From an uncultured Verrucomicrobiae bacterium (GTDB taxonomy: Bacteria > Verrucomicrobiota > Verrucomicrobiia > Chthoniobacterales > JAFAMB01), in the NCBI GenBank assembly GCA_963813025.1, contig CAWEXO010000013.1, positions 640,001 through 704,000 of the forward strand: a stretch of DNA of 64,000 bases, written 5' to 3'. Each line of letters starts with the position of its first letter. The first letter of the stretch is position 1. Of this stretch, positions 18,652-27,311 are shown piece by piece. The notes beneath the pieces are model-generated. The model was not told the origin of the DNA. It was given only the letters and a program-made list of their open reading frames with translations, and searched no databases. The position numbers and the translations under genes are program-made.

Positions 18652-18737
18652 ATCACGCCGAAATGAGCGTTGAAGAGCGGAAGGCGTCATAGAAGCCAAG
18701 TTGCGTGTGGCGAAACAAATGGCCGGGCCGCTCTGCC

Positions 18738-18876
18738 CTGCGCTACGACGGTGCCGACCTACTATGTTTCGCACGAAATCCTGGATGCCGCGCTTCGGAC
18801 GGAGATTCCCGATGACATGGTCTTCGACGCGATTCCGTCTCCGTTTGATGCTTCGTCTTCATGCTGCGAAAGGAAC
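18738..18876 (+). pseudogene. Fragment paralogous to the hypothetical gene at 11768-12419
   Basis: VPTYYVSHEILDAALRTEIPDDMVFDAIPSPFDA versus TYYVSRELLATALRPELPDDIFFEAIPFPFDA (12005-12145). Confidence 0.8.
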
Positions 18877-19073
18877 GGCGCAGCGGGCTTTGCAGCGCCG
18901 GCCCAAGCCATCTAGAGAACAGCGGAAGCGAAAATATTCTGTCGGGGCTTGCGCTGGCCGCAGCCGGTACAGGTTTTCGTTCTTGGAATCGTCACGTTCG
19001 AGTCGAGGCCAGCGCTGCAAAAAAACGTCGCGCTTGCTTAGAAATCGAGGCATAGGCAGGGAAGGAGACCAAG

Positions 19074-21011
19074 ATGAGTGGCAGAGACAGCGCGGCAATT
19101 GAGCCAACAATTAAGGCGATCGAAACTATGAGCGCACTTCGGGACTGGGCGTCGCTGAAGGACGACGCTAATGTGGGGCGGGTGCCGCTAGCACAGAGAA
19201 TCCCAGTCGATGGCAAAAGTTCATGGGCGGGGTTTGACATGGGACCCTGGCAGTATGATACCTGGTTTGACGAGAAGAGTCAGGGTGCGCATGGGCAGTC
19301 AGATGACGGCAATCGAACAGCAGCGAATGTGTACAACTTCAGTTTCTGGCAGCACCTGGATATCTTCTACTATTTTGGGCACCAGTTAGTAACGATCCCT
19401 CCCACTGTTTGGACCAACTCCGCACACAAGAATGGCGTGAGGTGCCTGGGTACGCTGAATTTGAACTGGAATGAGAGTGGCGGGAAGTTCACAGAAGCCG
19501 ACGTCGTGAATTTCCTCAGCAAAGAGCCAACGTCCCCTCAGCCGAAGCCAATTTATCTTGAAGAAGCTATAACAATACTAAAAGACATTGCCGATTACTA
19601 TAGATTTGATGGCTATCTGTTCAACTATGAAGAGTCGAATTTCACAATTGGAAACGGCATGCGGGAGATTATGTTGAACCTGAGAGACGCCGGGCTCACC
19701 GTAGTATGGTACGATTCACCCATCAGTAGCGAAATGGGAGATTACGACAACCGATTGACAGAACACGCATATCCGTTTTTCGAGGCCGCGGGTTATTTTC
19801 AAGCTAATTACGCGTGGGGGCCGGCGTATCCAGGCAGAAACAACTACCCTGAGCTTTCCTGGGAAGTGCTGAAACAGCATTTCTCAGAAAATGATGCTCT
19901 TGAGGCGCGCAATCGGGTCTGTATGATGATGGACTGTTATCGGGACACGCAGCCTTATCAAGGCTCCTTTTTCACTGCCCTTGCGCTCGCCGATGTCCCT
20001 GCAGGCCAACCACCGGGATACTACACAGCCTTGGGATCCTATGCACCCGATTGGGTCATGTACCACGGAATTGACTTAAACACCCAGAAACTGCCCTCCC
20101 GCGAGACCTTTCATTATAATGACCGGGCGTTCTGGGCGGGGACGACGAAGTTCTTCGTGGATTGGCCTAAGCCGGGAAAGAATCCAATCAAGCCCGAGGA
20201 ATGTATTGGTCATTACGTGAAAGAAAGGTCCGTCATCAGTTCCACTCCTTTCGTGACCTGGTTCAACGGTGGCGAAGGCGACTTTTACAATATCCGCGGC
20301 GAAAGGAAATCAATGGGACCATGGAATAACTTAAGTGACCAGAGCCTGTTGCCGACCTGGCGTTTCAACTTTTCCGGCGGCACGAGCGATACCAGGATAG
20401 ACGACACTGCCGTTGATTACGACGATGCGTTTACAGGCGGTTCGAGCCTGCGTATTTCATTCAAAGGCGTTAACCTCACTGATCCGATCACCATCTGGTT
20501 GTACAAGACTGAGATCATCCTTACGGCGACAAACATCCTGTCCCTCACCGTCAAGGGACAAGGCGTCGATGTGGCGCCGATCCTCGGGGATCATGAGCTA
20601 ACCAACCCGCAAGTAGTGCCGGTCACCAACGGCTGGAAACAGATGACCTATACCGTACCAGCGAGTCTGGAAGGCCAAACCCTGAGCGGCATCCACATTA
20701 GAGTGAAGCAGGCTTCTCCTGAGGGCGAGATCCGTTTGGGCGAATTAACCTTTCTGGACAGGGCTCAGGCTGTAAAGAAACCATGGACGAGGCCATTCCC
20801 GTCCGCCGACGTCTTGGATTGGAGCGATTCATTCGAGCCTTCTTCGCATTATCGAGTTTACGGAGTTCTGAACGAAGAAAAGTACCTCATCGGGATCGTT
20901 TATAACTCCGTCTACGTCACAGTTAGCAACGTGTTTAATTCGGACAAGAAAGGGTTTACCAGGTATATAGTTCAGGAGGTGAACGCCGCCGGAGACTTCG
21001 CGCCGATTTGA
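19074..21011 (+). CDS. GH85 endo-beta-N-acetylglucosaminidase-like protein
   Basis: F.FWQHLDIFYYF...IPP..WTNSAHKNGV..LGT, YYRFDGYLFNYE (catalytic NxE), WYDS, F.TWFN.G.G, WNNLSDQ..LPTW, DAFTGGSSL. AAGGAG RBS upstream. Confidence 0.88.
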   Translation: MSGRDSAAIEPTIKAIETMSALRDWASLKDDANVGRVPLAQRIPVDGKSSWAGFDMGPWQYDTWFDEKSQGAHGQSDDGNRTAANVYNFSFWQHLDIFYYFGHQLVTIPPTVWTNSAHKNGVRCLGTLNLNWNESGGKFTEADVVNFLSKEPTSPQPKPIYLEEAITILKDIADYYRFDGYLFNYEESNFTIGNGMREIMLNLRDAGLTVVWYDSPISSEMGDYDNRLTEHAYPFFEAAGYFQANYAWGPAYPGRNNYPELSWEVLKQHFSENDALEARNRVCMMMDCYRDTQPYQGSFFTALALADVPAGQPPGYYTALGSYAPDWVMYHGIDLNTQKLPSRETFHYNDRAFWAGTTKFFVDWPKPGKNPIKPEECIGHYVKERSVISSTPFVTWFNGGEGDFYNIRGERKSMGPWNNLSDQSLLPTWRFNFSGGTSDTRIDDTAVDYDDAFTGGSSLRISFKGVNLTDPITIWLYKTEIILTATNILSLTVKGQGVDVAPILGDHELTNPQVVPVTNGWKQMTYTVPASLEGQTLSGIHIRVKQASPEGEIRLGELTFLDRAQAVKKPWTRPFPSADVLDWSDSFEPSSHYRVYGVLNEEKYLIGIVYNSVYVTVSNVFNSDKKGFTRYIVQEVNAAGDFAPI

Positions 21012-21051
21012 GTCTGTGCAACAGGTTCGACCTGGCCAGCCGGCGAACCGC

Positions 21052-21727
21052 ATGGAAATCGATGAAACAGAACCCCCAGCGGCAACCAACTTCATTGAAC
21101 CCATGAAGGCGCTCCGAGTCCGGGAGTTGCCGGTCGGCAATCGGCTCTACGAACCGAAGTTCGATGGTTACCGGACGCTCGCCTTCAAATCTGGTAAAGA
21201 GGTGCGGCTCCTCTCTCGCAACCGAACGAACTTCAACGACAATTACCCCCAACTTATCGATGCCCTGAAAGTGATAACTGTAAAAAGCATGGTTATCGAC
21301 CGGCGAAACCGCTGCACTGGATCCGAACGGGAAGACGTCGTTCCAACTCTTGCAATCGTACGGCGGCGGGAAGCGAACCCCGTTGGTATACTACGTCTTC
21401 GACCTGCTCAATATAGAGGGAACTGATTTACGCTCTCGACCGCTCATCGAGCGAGGCAAGCTGTTAGCAAAGGTCTTAAAGAAAGCTTCGGACAATATGC
21501 GCTTCTCCGAGGAGCTGCAGGGAACGAAAGAAGAACTTCTCCAGCTCGCGCAACGATTCGGACTCGAAGGCCTGATCGCAAAAAAGCCGGACTCTCTCTA
21601 CGAGCCAGGCCGACGCAGCGGGGCCTGGGTCAAAGTCAAACTCACCCAGCAGCAGGAGTTCGTCATTGACGGCTACACGCCGCCCGAAGGCAGTCGCTTA
21701 TACTTCGGTTCGTTGCTCGTCGGCTAC
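21052..21727 (+). pseudogene. ligD: LigD-type ATP-dependent DNA ligase, N-terminal two thirds, frameshifted and truncated
   Basis: FIEPM, EPKFDGYR (KxDG), LLSRN, YYVFDLL, GLEGLIAK, YEPGRRSGAWVKVK, QEFVI. Homology stops after GSLLVGY. Confidence 0.92.
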
Positions 21728-21802
21728 ATATATGCGGGTGAGCGATGCCGTTGGGGTAGACTTCAACTCGACCTATCTGGATACAGCCCGGAGTATTTCA
21801 AC

Positions 21803-22858
21803 TCAATTGGCTGTCGTCGTTCTCGATCCGATCTGGTCGAATCCTTTGATGCGATAGATTATCACAGAGATCACCCAACTCAGCGCGAAGATCCCCACAG
21901 TCACGAAGCCCAAAGTGCAAAAATTTTCATTTAGGCTCCCGATCATATCCCAGAATCCTCCGGTCAGTTTTAGCTGATCCTTCAGGACTCCAAAGACTTC
22001 TATCCCGGCTACCAGCAGCGCCACAATTACTGAGACGAAGGTGATCGTGAGGTTGTAATACATTTTGCGAATTGGTTTCACGAATGCCCATCCGTACGCT
22101 CCAACCATTAGTATGCCATCTGTCGTATCGACCAGGGTCATTCCGGCCGTAAAAAGGATCGGAAAGACCGCCATCGCAATCACGGATAATCCTTTGGCTG
22201 CCGCCGCCGCAGAGATCCCAAGAAGGGCAACTTCCGTTGCCGTATCGAAACCGAGGCCGAACAAAAATCCAATCGGATACATGTGCCAAGGGCGAGAAAT
22301 AATCCGGAAGAGCGGACGGAAGATCCGGGCCGTCATGCCACCGCCTCCCATTAACATGTCGGCACTTTGATTGGTGTAACTTCCTCCCCTCCTTACGTCT
22401 CGGAAGTTTTGCCACAAGCCTCGAAGGACCACCATATTGACTAGAGCGATTGCAATCAGGAAAAAGGCTGAGACCGAGGTTCCGACGATTCCGCCAACGC
22501 TTTTAACGGCCTCGAACTGCGTCGCAACGACGGCCATGGTTAAGTAAACGACCAGGGATGCGATCACAACGATCGTTGAATGGCCAAGGGAAAAGAATAA
22601 GCCCACGGAGAGTGGGCGTTTACCATCCTGCATGAGCTTTCGCGTTACATTGTCGATCGCTGCGATGTGATCAGCGTCCACTGCATGCCGAAGACCAAAC
22701 GTGTAAGCCAGAAACGCGGTCCCGAGGAGAACTGGTTTATCATGGAACGCGAAAAAGGCCCAGACCCATGCACCTGCGTTGAAGCAAGCCAATAAACCAT
22801 AAAAGCCTAGCACCGAATTGTGAAGGGCACCGGAAACAAAGATCTGAAGTGTCTTCAT
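21803..22858 (-). CDS. HoxN/HupN/NixA family nickel/cobalt transporter (NiCoT)
   Basis: Signature RHAVDADHIAAIDN, FSLGHS, GLGFDTATE, GMTLVDT.DG. Confidence 0.95.
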   Translation of the reverse strand: MKTLQIFVSGALHNSVLGFYGLLACFNAGAWVWAFFAFHDKPVLLGTAFLAYTFGLRHAVDADHIAAIDNVTRKLMQDGKRPLSVGLFFSLGHSTIVVIASLVVYLTMAVVATQFEAVKSVGGIVGTSVSAFFLIAIALVNMVVLRGLWQNFRDVRRGGSYTNQSADMLMGGGGMTARIFRPLFRIISRPWHMYPIGFLFGLGFDTATEVALLGISAAAAAKGLSVIAMAVFPILFTAGMTLVDTTDGILMVGAYGWAFVKPIRKMYYNLTITFVSVIVALLVAGIEVFGVLKDQLKLTGGFWDMIGSLNENFCTLGFVTVGIFALSWVISVIIYRIKGFDQIGSRTTTAN

Positions 22859-22880
22859 TGATCGTGCCGCATTTCTCTCT

Positions 22881-23198
22881 CTAGCCCGAGCGCCAGTCCA
22901 CCGTCGTAACCTCACCCCCAATTATACTGGCGGTACCGCTCGGGTTGGGAGAGTGCAGCCAGATATCGTAGCCGCCTGCACGGAGCTTTGGGAAGACTGC
23001 AGCGAAGACTTGCCGGCCGTTAACCCGCCGTTCCAAGACCTCCACGTGGACTCGTATGGCGGCGCTGCCTAGCGGACTGACCTCGATTTCCTTACCTCGC
23101 AGCTCCGAGTCGGCATAGATGATCAGTGCTCCGATGTCCTGGCCGATGTCCAGCACCACGCTTTCGGGGTGGACCCGGTCATTTTTTTGCTCAGCCAT
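22881..23198 (-). CDS. Small conserved hypothetical beta-rich protein
   Basis: VVLDIG.DIGALIIY...G.EIEVSP...HVEVLER...AAVFP.L..G.Y..W; co-oriented between DUF4331 and NiCoT. Confidence 0.7.
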   Translation of the reverse strand: MAEQKNDRVHPESVVLDIGQDIGALIIYADSELRGKEIEVSPLGSAAIRVHVEVLERRVNGRQVFAAVFPKLRAGGYDIWLHSPNPSGTASIIGGEVTTVDWRSG

Positions 23199-23266
23199 TT
23201 GCCTTGGTATCCTTTCTGTCGCTCCTATCACGCAAGTTTTGAGCCGCCGTCCCATCCAAATTGGCA

Positions 23267-23317
23267 CTTGCTCGAACCGAAGCTGAGCGCGGGGCGCTTA
23301 GCTCCCGTTCGAGCAAG
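23267..23317. repeat. Long imperfect hairpin between DUF4331 and the downstream genes (possible mRNA-stabilising or attenuating structure)
   Basis: Outer stem CTTGCTCGAAC...GTTCGAGCAAG and inner stem AGCTGAGCGC-GGG-GCGCTTAGCT. Confidence 0.7.
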
Positions 23318-23338
23318 CACAAGCCGGAAGGCGCCCCG

Positions 23339-24709
23339 TTAGGAGCTCGGGTTGTCGAACCCGTCGTATGGCACGCCCAGATAGGGAAAACTCGCTAAGA
23401 AGGGTGAATTGATCTTGCTCGGGCCCAGGCCATCCGTGACCAAGGACGCACTCGCGTCGGGGCTGAAGGAAGGGTCGACCAAAGGGATCGTGACGCCAGC
23501 TAGCGCGCGCAGCTCGATTGTGAACACGTCATCGAAGACCCGGCGCCCATTCGGAAACCCGGCGAGGTCGCGTCCCAAGATCCCTAGGACATTTGGGGCT
23601 GTCGCCGGTGGAATCGCCGTGTTCAGCCGTAGCAGATCCGCGAGCGTCTTGCCCGTGAAATTCTGGAAACCTGGAATGATCCCAGCCGGGATGCCGGTCA
23701 GAAAGATGGCAACCATGTCCGCTCGGGGTTTGGTATATGCGGCTAGGTTTGGAAATACCCCAGGATAAAAGATCGTCAGCCGAAGTGGGACTTCCTGGTG
23801 CTGCACAAAGCCGAGGAATTGCGAGTCGTCCTTGGGAGCCTGCGTGTTCCAAAAGTCCTTCTTCCCCAGCGGAATCATGACTTCGTTGAACAGGGGACTG
23901 CCGAGGCGCGAAACCTGTATCCATGGCCCGGCCTCCTGGATTTCCGCGTCATCGTTAAGGATCGTCGCCTTCCGGCGACTCGCTGAGGCGTACACGCCGA
24001 TGACTGAGCGCCGGTCGCTCGGATCACTGGGATAAGAGCCATCGCTCGTCAGCCGGTTTTTGGGCAACTGGAGGGCAATAGTGTGGATGTTCAGCCTGTT
24101 AGTCCCATTGACACCTGCGGCGGCGGGAAGCGGATTCACACGCAAATTCTGAAACGGTCGGAGGTCGAGGAGGTCGAAGACCGAACCCAGGTCTACATAG
24201 AAACCCTCGGCACGCTGTCCAGCAAACACTGTCTCGCCGGTGGGCAGACGGTGAACCGCCGCCTCAGCCAGCACGGCATAGTTGGGGGTAGAAAATGGGC
24301 CGATGTTGCAGGGCGGGGAGGCCAACCTCTCGGCCAAAACGGTCTTCTTACCGTGCTCCTCCATCCTGGTCACGGAATAGAACTGGCGTTTATTCCAATT
24401 CGGATCATGCAGGGAGCTGATCGGGCCAGTGTTGTAAAGAAAGGTGTCAGGATTGCGCAACTCGGTCCGGAATTGGAACTGGTAGGTGATATCGGCGTCG
24501 GCATCCCCGTCGTTGTCGACGTGGATCTCGTACAAAACATCGTCGCCGAACTCAAAGAAGTTCGGTCCGCCTGCTGGCCCCTCCAAAGGAATATAATTCA
24601 TGATGAGGGTAACCATGTTTGGATTGTCAGGACTGACAAACGCATAGACATCGGTGTTATCCGCCACCGGGTCCTTGGAAATCTCAGGGGCTTCACGATG
24701 GGATGACAT
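23339..24709 (-). CDS. DUF4331 family protein without its own signal peptide
   Basis: MSSHREAP...DNTDVYAFVSPD, YEIHVDN.GD, VFAGQR..GFYVDLG.VFD, W.QVSRLG.PL.NE, GFPNGRR..DDV, FPYL. AAGGAG RBS upstream. Confidence 0.92.
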   Translation of the reverse strand: MSSHREAPEISKDPVADNTDVYAFVSPDNPNMVTLIMNYIPLEGPAGGPNFFEFGDDVLYEIHVDNDGDADADITYQFQFRTELRNPDTFLYNTGPISSLHDPNWNKRQFYSVTRMEEHGKKTVLAERLASPPCNIGPFSTPNYAVLAEAAVHRLPTGETVFAGQRAEGFYVDLGSVFDLLDLRPFQNLRVNPLPAAAGVNGTNRLNIHTIALQLPKNRLTSDGSYPSDPSDRRSVIGVYASASRRKATILNDDAEIQEAGPWIQVSRLGSPLFNEVMIPLGKKDFWNTQAPKDDSQFLGFVQHQEVPLRLTIFYPGVFPNLAAYTKPRADMVAIFLTGIPAGIIPGFQNFTGKTLADLLRLNTAIPPATAPNVLGILGRDLAGFPNGRRVFDDVFTIELRALAGVTIPLVDPSFSPDASASLVTDGLGPSKINSPFLASFPYLGVPYDGFDNPSS

Positions 24710-24774
24710 ATGTGCAACTCTCCTTCGTACGGTCGTATTCTATCAAGAAGTCGTGCTGTGTTGTATATAGGGAT

Positions 24775-25062
24775 CTACTCAGCGCGCCCGCTCCAGCTTG
24801 CCGCTTTCATCAGTCGTGCGACAAGTTGGGGATCGCGGAAGACAATCTCACGGGATCCCAGAAGAAGAGCGACCTCGCCCGTGGCTACATCGCTCACATG
24901 TGCTATCAAGGGACCGCTAAACGCAGTGGCGGCCACCTCCGGTATTGTGTCTTGCGGCGATCCAGAAACGCCTGCCAAGGCAGGTAAAGAAGATAGCAAG
25001 CCGAGCGTCGCCGCGCCTACCGATGTCTGTTTGAGAAATGAACGTCGATCTAGATTCGTCAT
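24775..25062 (-). CDS. Small Tat-signal protein
   Basis: MTNLDRRSFLK twin-arginine motif, hydrophobic stretch and ALA site; mature part PLIAHVSDVATGEVALLLGSREIVFRDPQLVARL. Confidence 0.8.
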   Translation of the reverse strand: MTNLDRRSFLKQTSVGAATLGLLSSLPALAGVSGSPQDTIPEVAATAFSGPLIAHVSDVATGEVALLLGSREIVFRDPQLVARLMKAASWSGRAE

Positions 25063-25083
25063 AGTATTTGCCCCTGCTATTTA

Positions 25084-25109
25084 TTCGGCCGGGATGCGAC
25101 TTCGGATGC
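25084..25109 (-). promoter_or_regulatory. Putative SigK-like ECF promoter
   Basis: Minus strand GCATCC-N15-CCGAA, 21 nt upstream of the ATG at 25062. The mycobacterial SigK consensus is CCATCC-N15-CCGAA. Confidence 0.6.
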
Positions 25110-25783
25110 AACGCCCGTAAAGGGGCTGGCCGTAAGAAGCGGCAAGCCTGGAAACAGAGCTCTGTCTCGATGCATAAATCTGCTTGGAACTTTGCCGATT
25201 CCGCTAGCCGGAGTCCGCAGTCTCCTGACACGATGAACACATCGTGCTTGATCCGGCACTCATCGAATCACGTACCCTTCGCTAGCCGGCCCTGGAAGTG
25301 GCTGTTTTCAGACTGGGGACAGAACACTTGCTTGCGCTCCCGGGACGATTTTGTGATGCAACCGCTATCTCTAACCTCCTGCGCCATCAAATCGTTGGAC
25401 AGGCAGCCTGTCGGCTAACGACCTGCTGCGAGATTCTCAGAGTCGCCAGTAACATCCATGCCGCCGGAGCAGAGGGAACGCCTATGGTCAAAGACCGCTG
25501 GGCGACAATAGGAATGGACGCCTCGCCCTATTCTCTGTCAATAAGAACACTTGCTGTGCCGCACTTGTCGTCGTGGGTTAGCAGCGCCGGGTTCGGGCGC
25601 GGCGAGCGCGTCTCACCGGTTGGCGGGTCAGGCTGGTATCATGGCGTCGACACTTGCGCGCTGGCCTCGGCCCGGAGGTTCAACCAAAAACTTCTTCTTC
25701 AACAACTCCTCTGAGATTCAACGCTTCGACGTCACCGGGAGGTCGGCTGCACAGTCTTCCTGGAGCCCGTCCGGAGTGTCACA

Positions 25784-25867
25784 TAGCCCGCAGGTGATGT
25801 TGAAGTTTTCATCGGCGAGCTTGCGAGCAACTTCGCCAGGCTTATTCGGCAGTTCAATGTGGACTAG
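25784..25867 (-). pseudogene. ACT-domain protein remnant
   Basis: Manual translation LVHIELPNKPGEVARKLADENFNITCG resembles the ACT pattern NKPG.LA.....LA..N.NI. Confidence 0.4.
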
Positions 25868-26325
25868 TCGGCGACCACTGAAAAGAACATGGGGGTTGCA
25901 GAAGGCTTACCCCTTTCTAGCCACCCTTGCGCGTCGAACAGCCGGCCATTTCGAACCAGAGACGCAAGCTGCTTCAGTTCTTCAATCGAAGCTTCACTCC
26001 TCGATAAACTTCACACAACTACGGCAAACTCGTCTATGGCCAAACCGCACTCGGAAATCGCTCATTCTCGCTCGGTCAGACCCTCACCTTATCTGTGACA
26101 TGGGAGAAATCTCCGAGGCTGCGAAGGTAAAGCCGGGTACGCCTGCTTTGCTATATATGTTGCAGGCTCGGCGAGCTGGTGAGGTGTGCGGGAATGACCG
26201 TCGGGCATGTCCGGGGCGACGGTCTTCCTCCGGAAGTTCTCTACCCGACCAGGTGTTTTCGTGGGGGCGACGTTCGCTCCGGATCCGGGAAAGGCGATCT
26301 TTGATCTCGACCGGATTCGATGAGC

Positions 26326-27243
26326 TCAGCCAATCCGCGCCTGTTCGAACACGTGGACCAGCTCGCTATATCGGCGGGCGATTTCATTAACAGCTGCTTC
26401 ACGCGAAATCTTTTGCTCCCGCCACTCGATTAGCGGTTCCCAGAAAACGGTACGACCCACCGCAAAACCAATGAACCCGGGGACCTTGGCGGCTGTAATC
26501 AGCCATTCGTGCACTTTCTTGTCGTCCTCGCCTCGACCCAAAAGGATGGCTCCGACCTTGTCGCGTCCACCTCGATGAGCCGCCTGGACCACCCTCTCGC
26601 AATCTTCCACGCGATCGAGGCCCTCGATTTTCCACACATCGGCCTCAACTCCGGCATCCTGCAACTCTTCGATCGCATGGACCATCAGCCGAGGCCGGAT
26701 CTCGAGATCGTACCGCTTAACGTCGCCGTTGACTCGGTCGAGTTGAGCTTTCTCGGCGGGCACCAGCAGCTCGAACATAAACAGGCTTCGGCCCTTGCTG
26801 TGAAGGTAATCCCCCAGCTCCTTCAGCCGCGCCGCCTGTCGCTGGTTCAGGTCTGCCTCGCCCTCAGGATTATAGCGTACGAGGACTTTGCAGAAGGTTG
26901 GATCAAAGGCCTCAATATGTTTCCCAAAATCTTTGCCGTACTCAAAATCGAATTCATCTTGTCCACTCTTTTCGGCTGGGCAAGCGGTGGCAAAGCCTTC
27001 CGCCTTGGCATCATGCAGGATGGCTGCGCCGAACTGTTCATCGACCAGAATGCCGGTCTTTTCCTTGGGGATGCCGGCCGCTACGGCCACCTTGAAACCG
27101 TCATAAATCACCCGTTTCGTGGCGGCAATTTGCGCCGTCTGTTCTTCCGTTAACTTCCCTTTCCACCCGAACATTTTCGTTTGAAAAGATCCGCGGTGGT
27201 CGAATGGCTGAATATAAAGTGGCTTATCGTATCCGAGTTTCAT
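26326..27243 (-). CDS. Stand-alone DUF2090 (IolC C-terminal-like) class I aldolase-fold protein
   Basis: PFDHR, GILVDEQFG, EKSG, KVLVRYNP, ELLVP, DVWKIE, LLGRG, GFAVGRTVF. Confidence 0.85.
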   Translation of the reverse strand: MKLGYDKPLYIQPFDHRGSFQTKMFGWKGKLTEEQTAQIAATKRVIYDGFKVAVAAGIPKEKTGILVDEQFGAAILHDAKAEGFATACPAEKSGQDEFDFEYGKDFGKHIEAFDPTFCKVLVRYNPEGEADLNQRQAARLKELGDYLHSKGRSLFMFELLVPAEKAQLDRVNGDVKRYDLEIRPRLMVHAIEELQDAGVEADVWKIEGLDRVEDCERVVQAAHRGGRDKVGAILLGRGEDDKKVHEWLITAAKVPGFIGFAVGRTVFWEPLIEWREQKISREAAVNEIARRYSELVHVFEQARIG

Positions 27244-27311
27244 GACTGTCCTCCAAAATGCTTTAACCGTTAGCAGAAGGAAAGCAGGGCAAAGATGTTA
27301 CGTCAAACCGA

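Noticed and set aside
13154..21727. Ligase N- and C-terminal pieces as one split or permuted functional gene
   Set aside because: The overlapping GYT.PEGS...GSLLVGY segments differ at many bases and the pieces carry stops or frameshifts; they are separate decayed paralogues.
1..22000. Integron cassette array or prophage
   Set aside because: No integrase, attC-like repeats, tRNA att site or virion genes recognised; genes lie on both strands.
25551..26390. 279-aa plus-strand ORF
   Set aside because: Ser/Arg-rich with no recognisable motifs or RBS; the opposite strand has an ACT-like remnant. Probably spurious.
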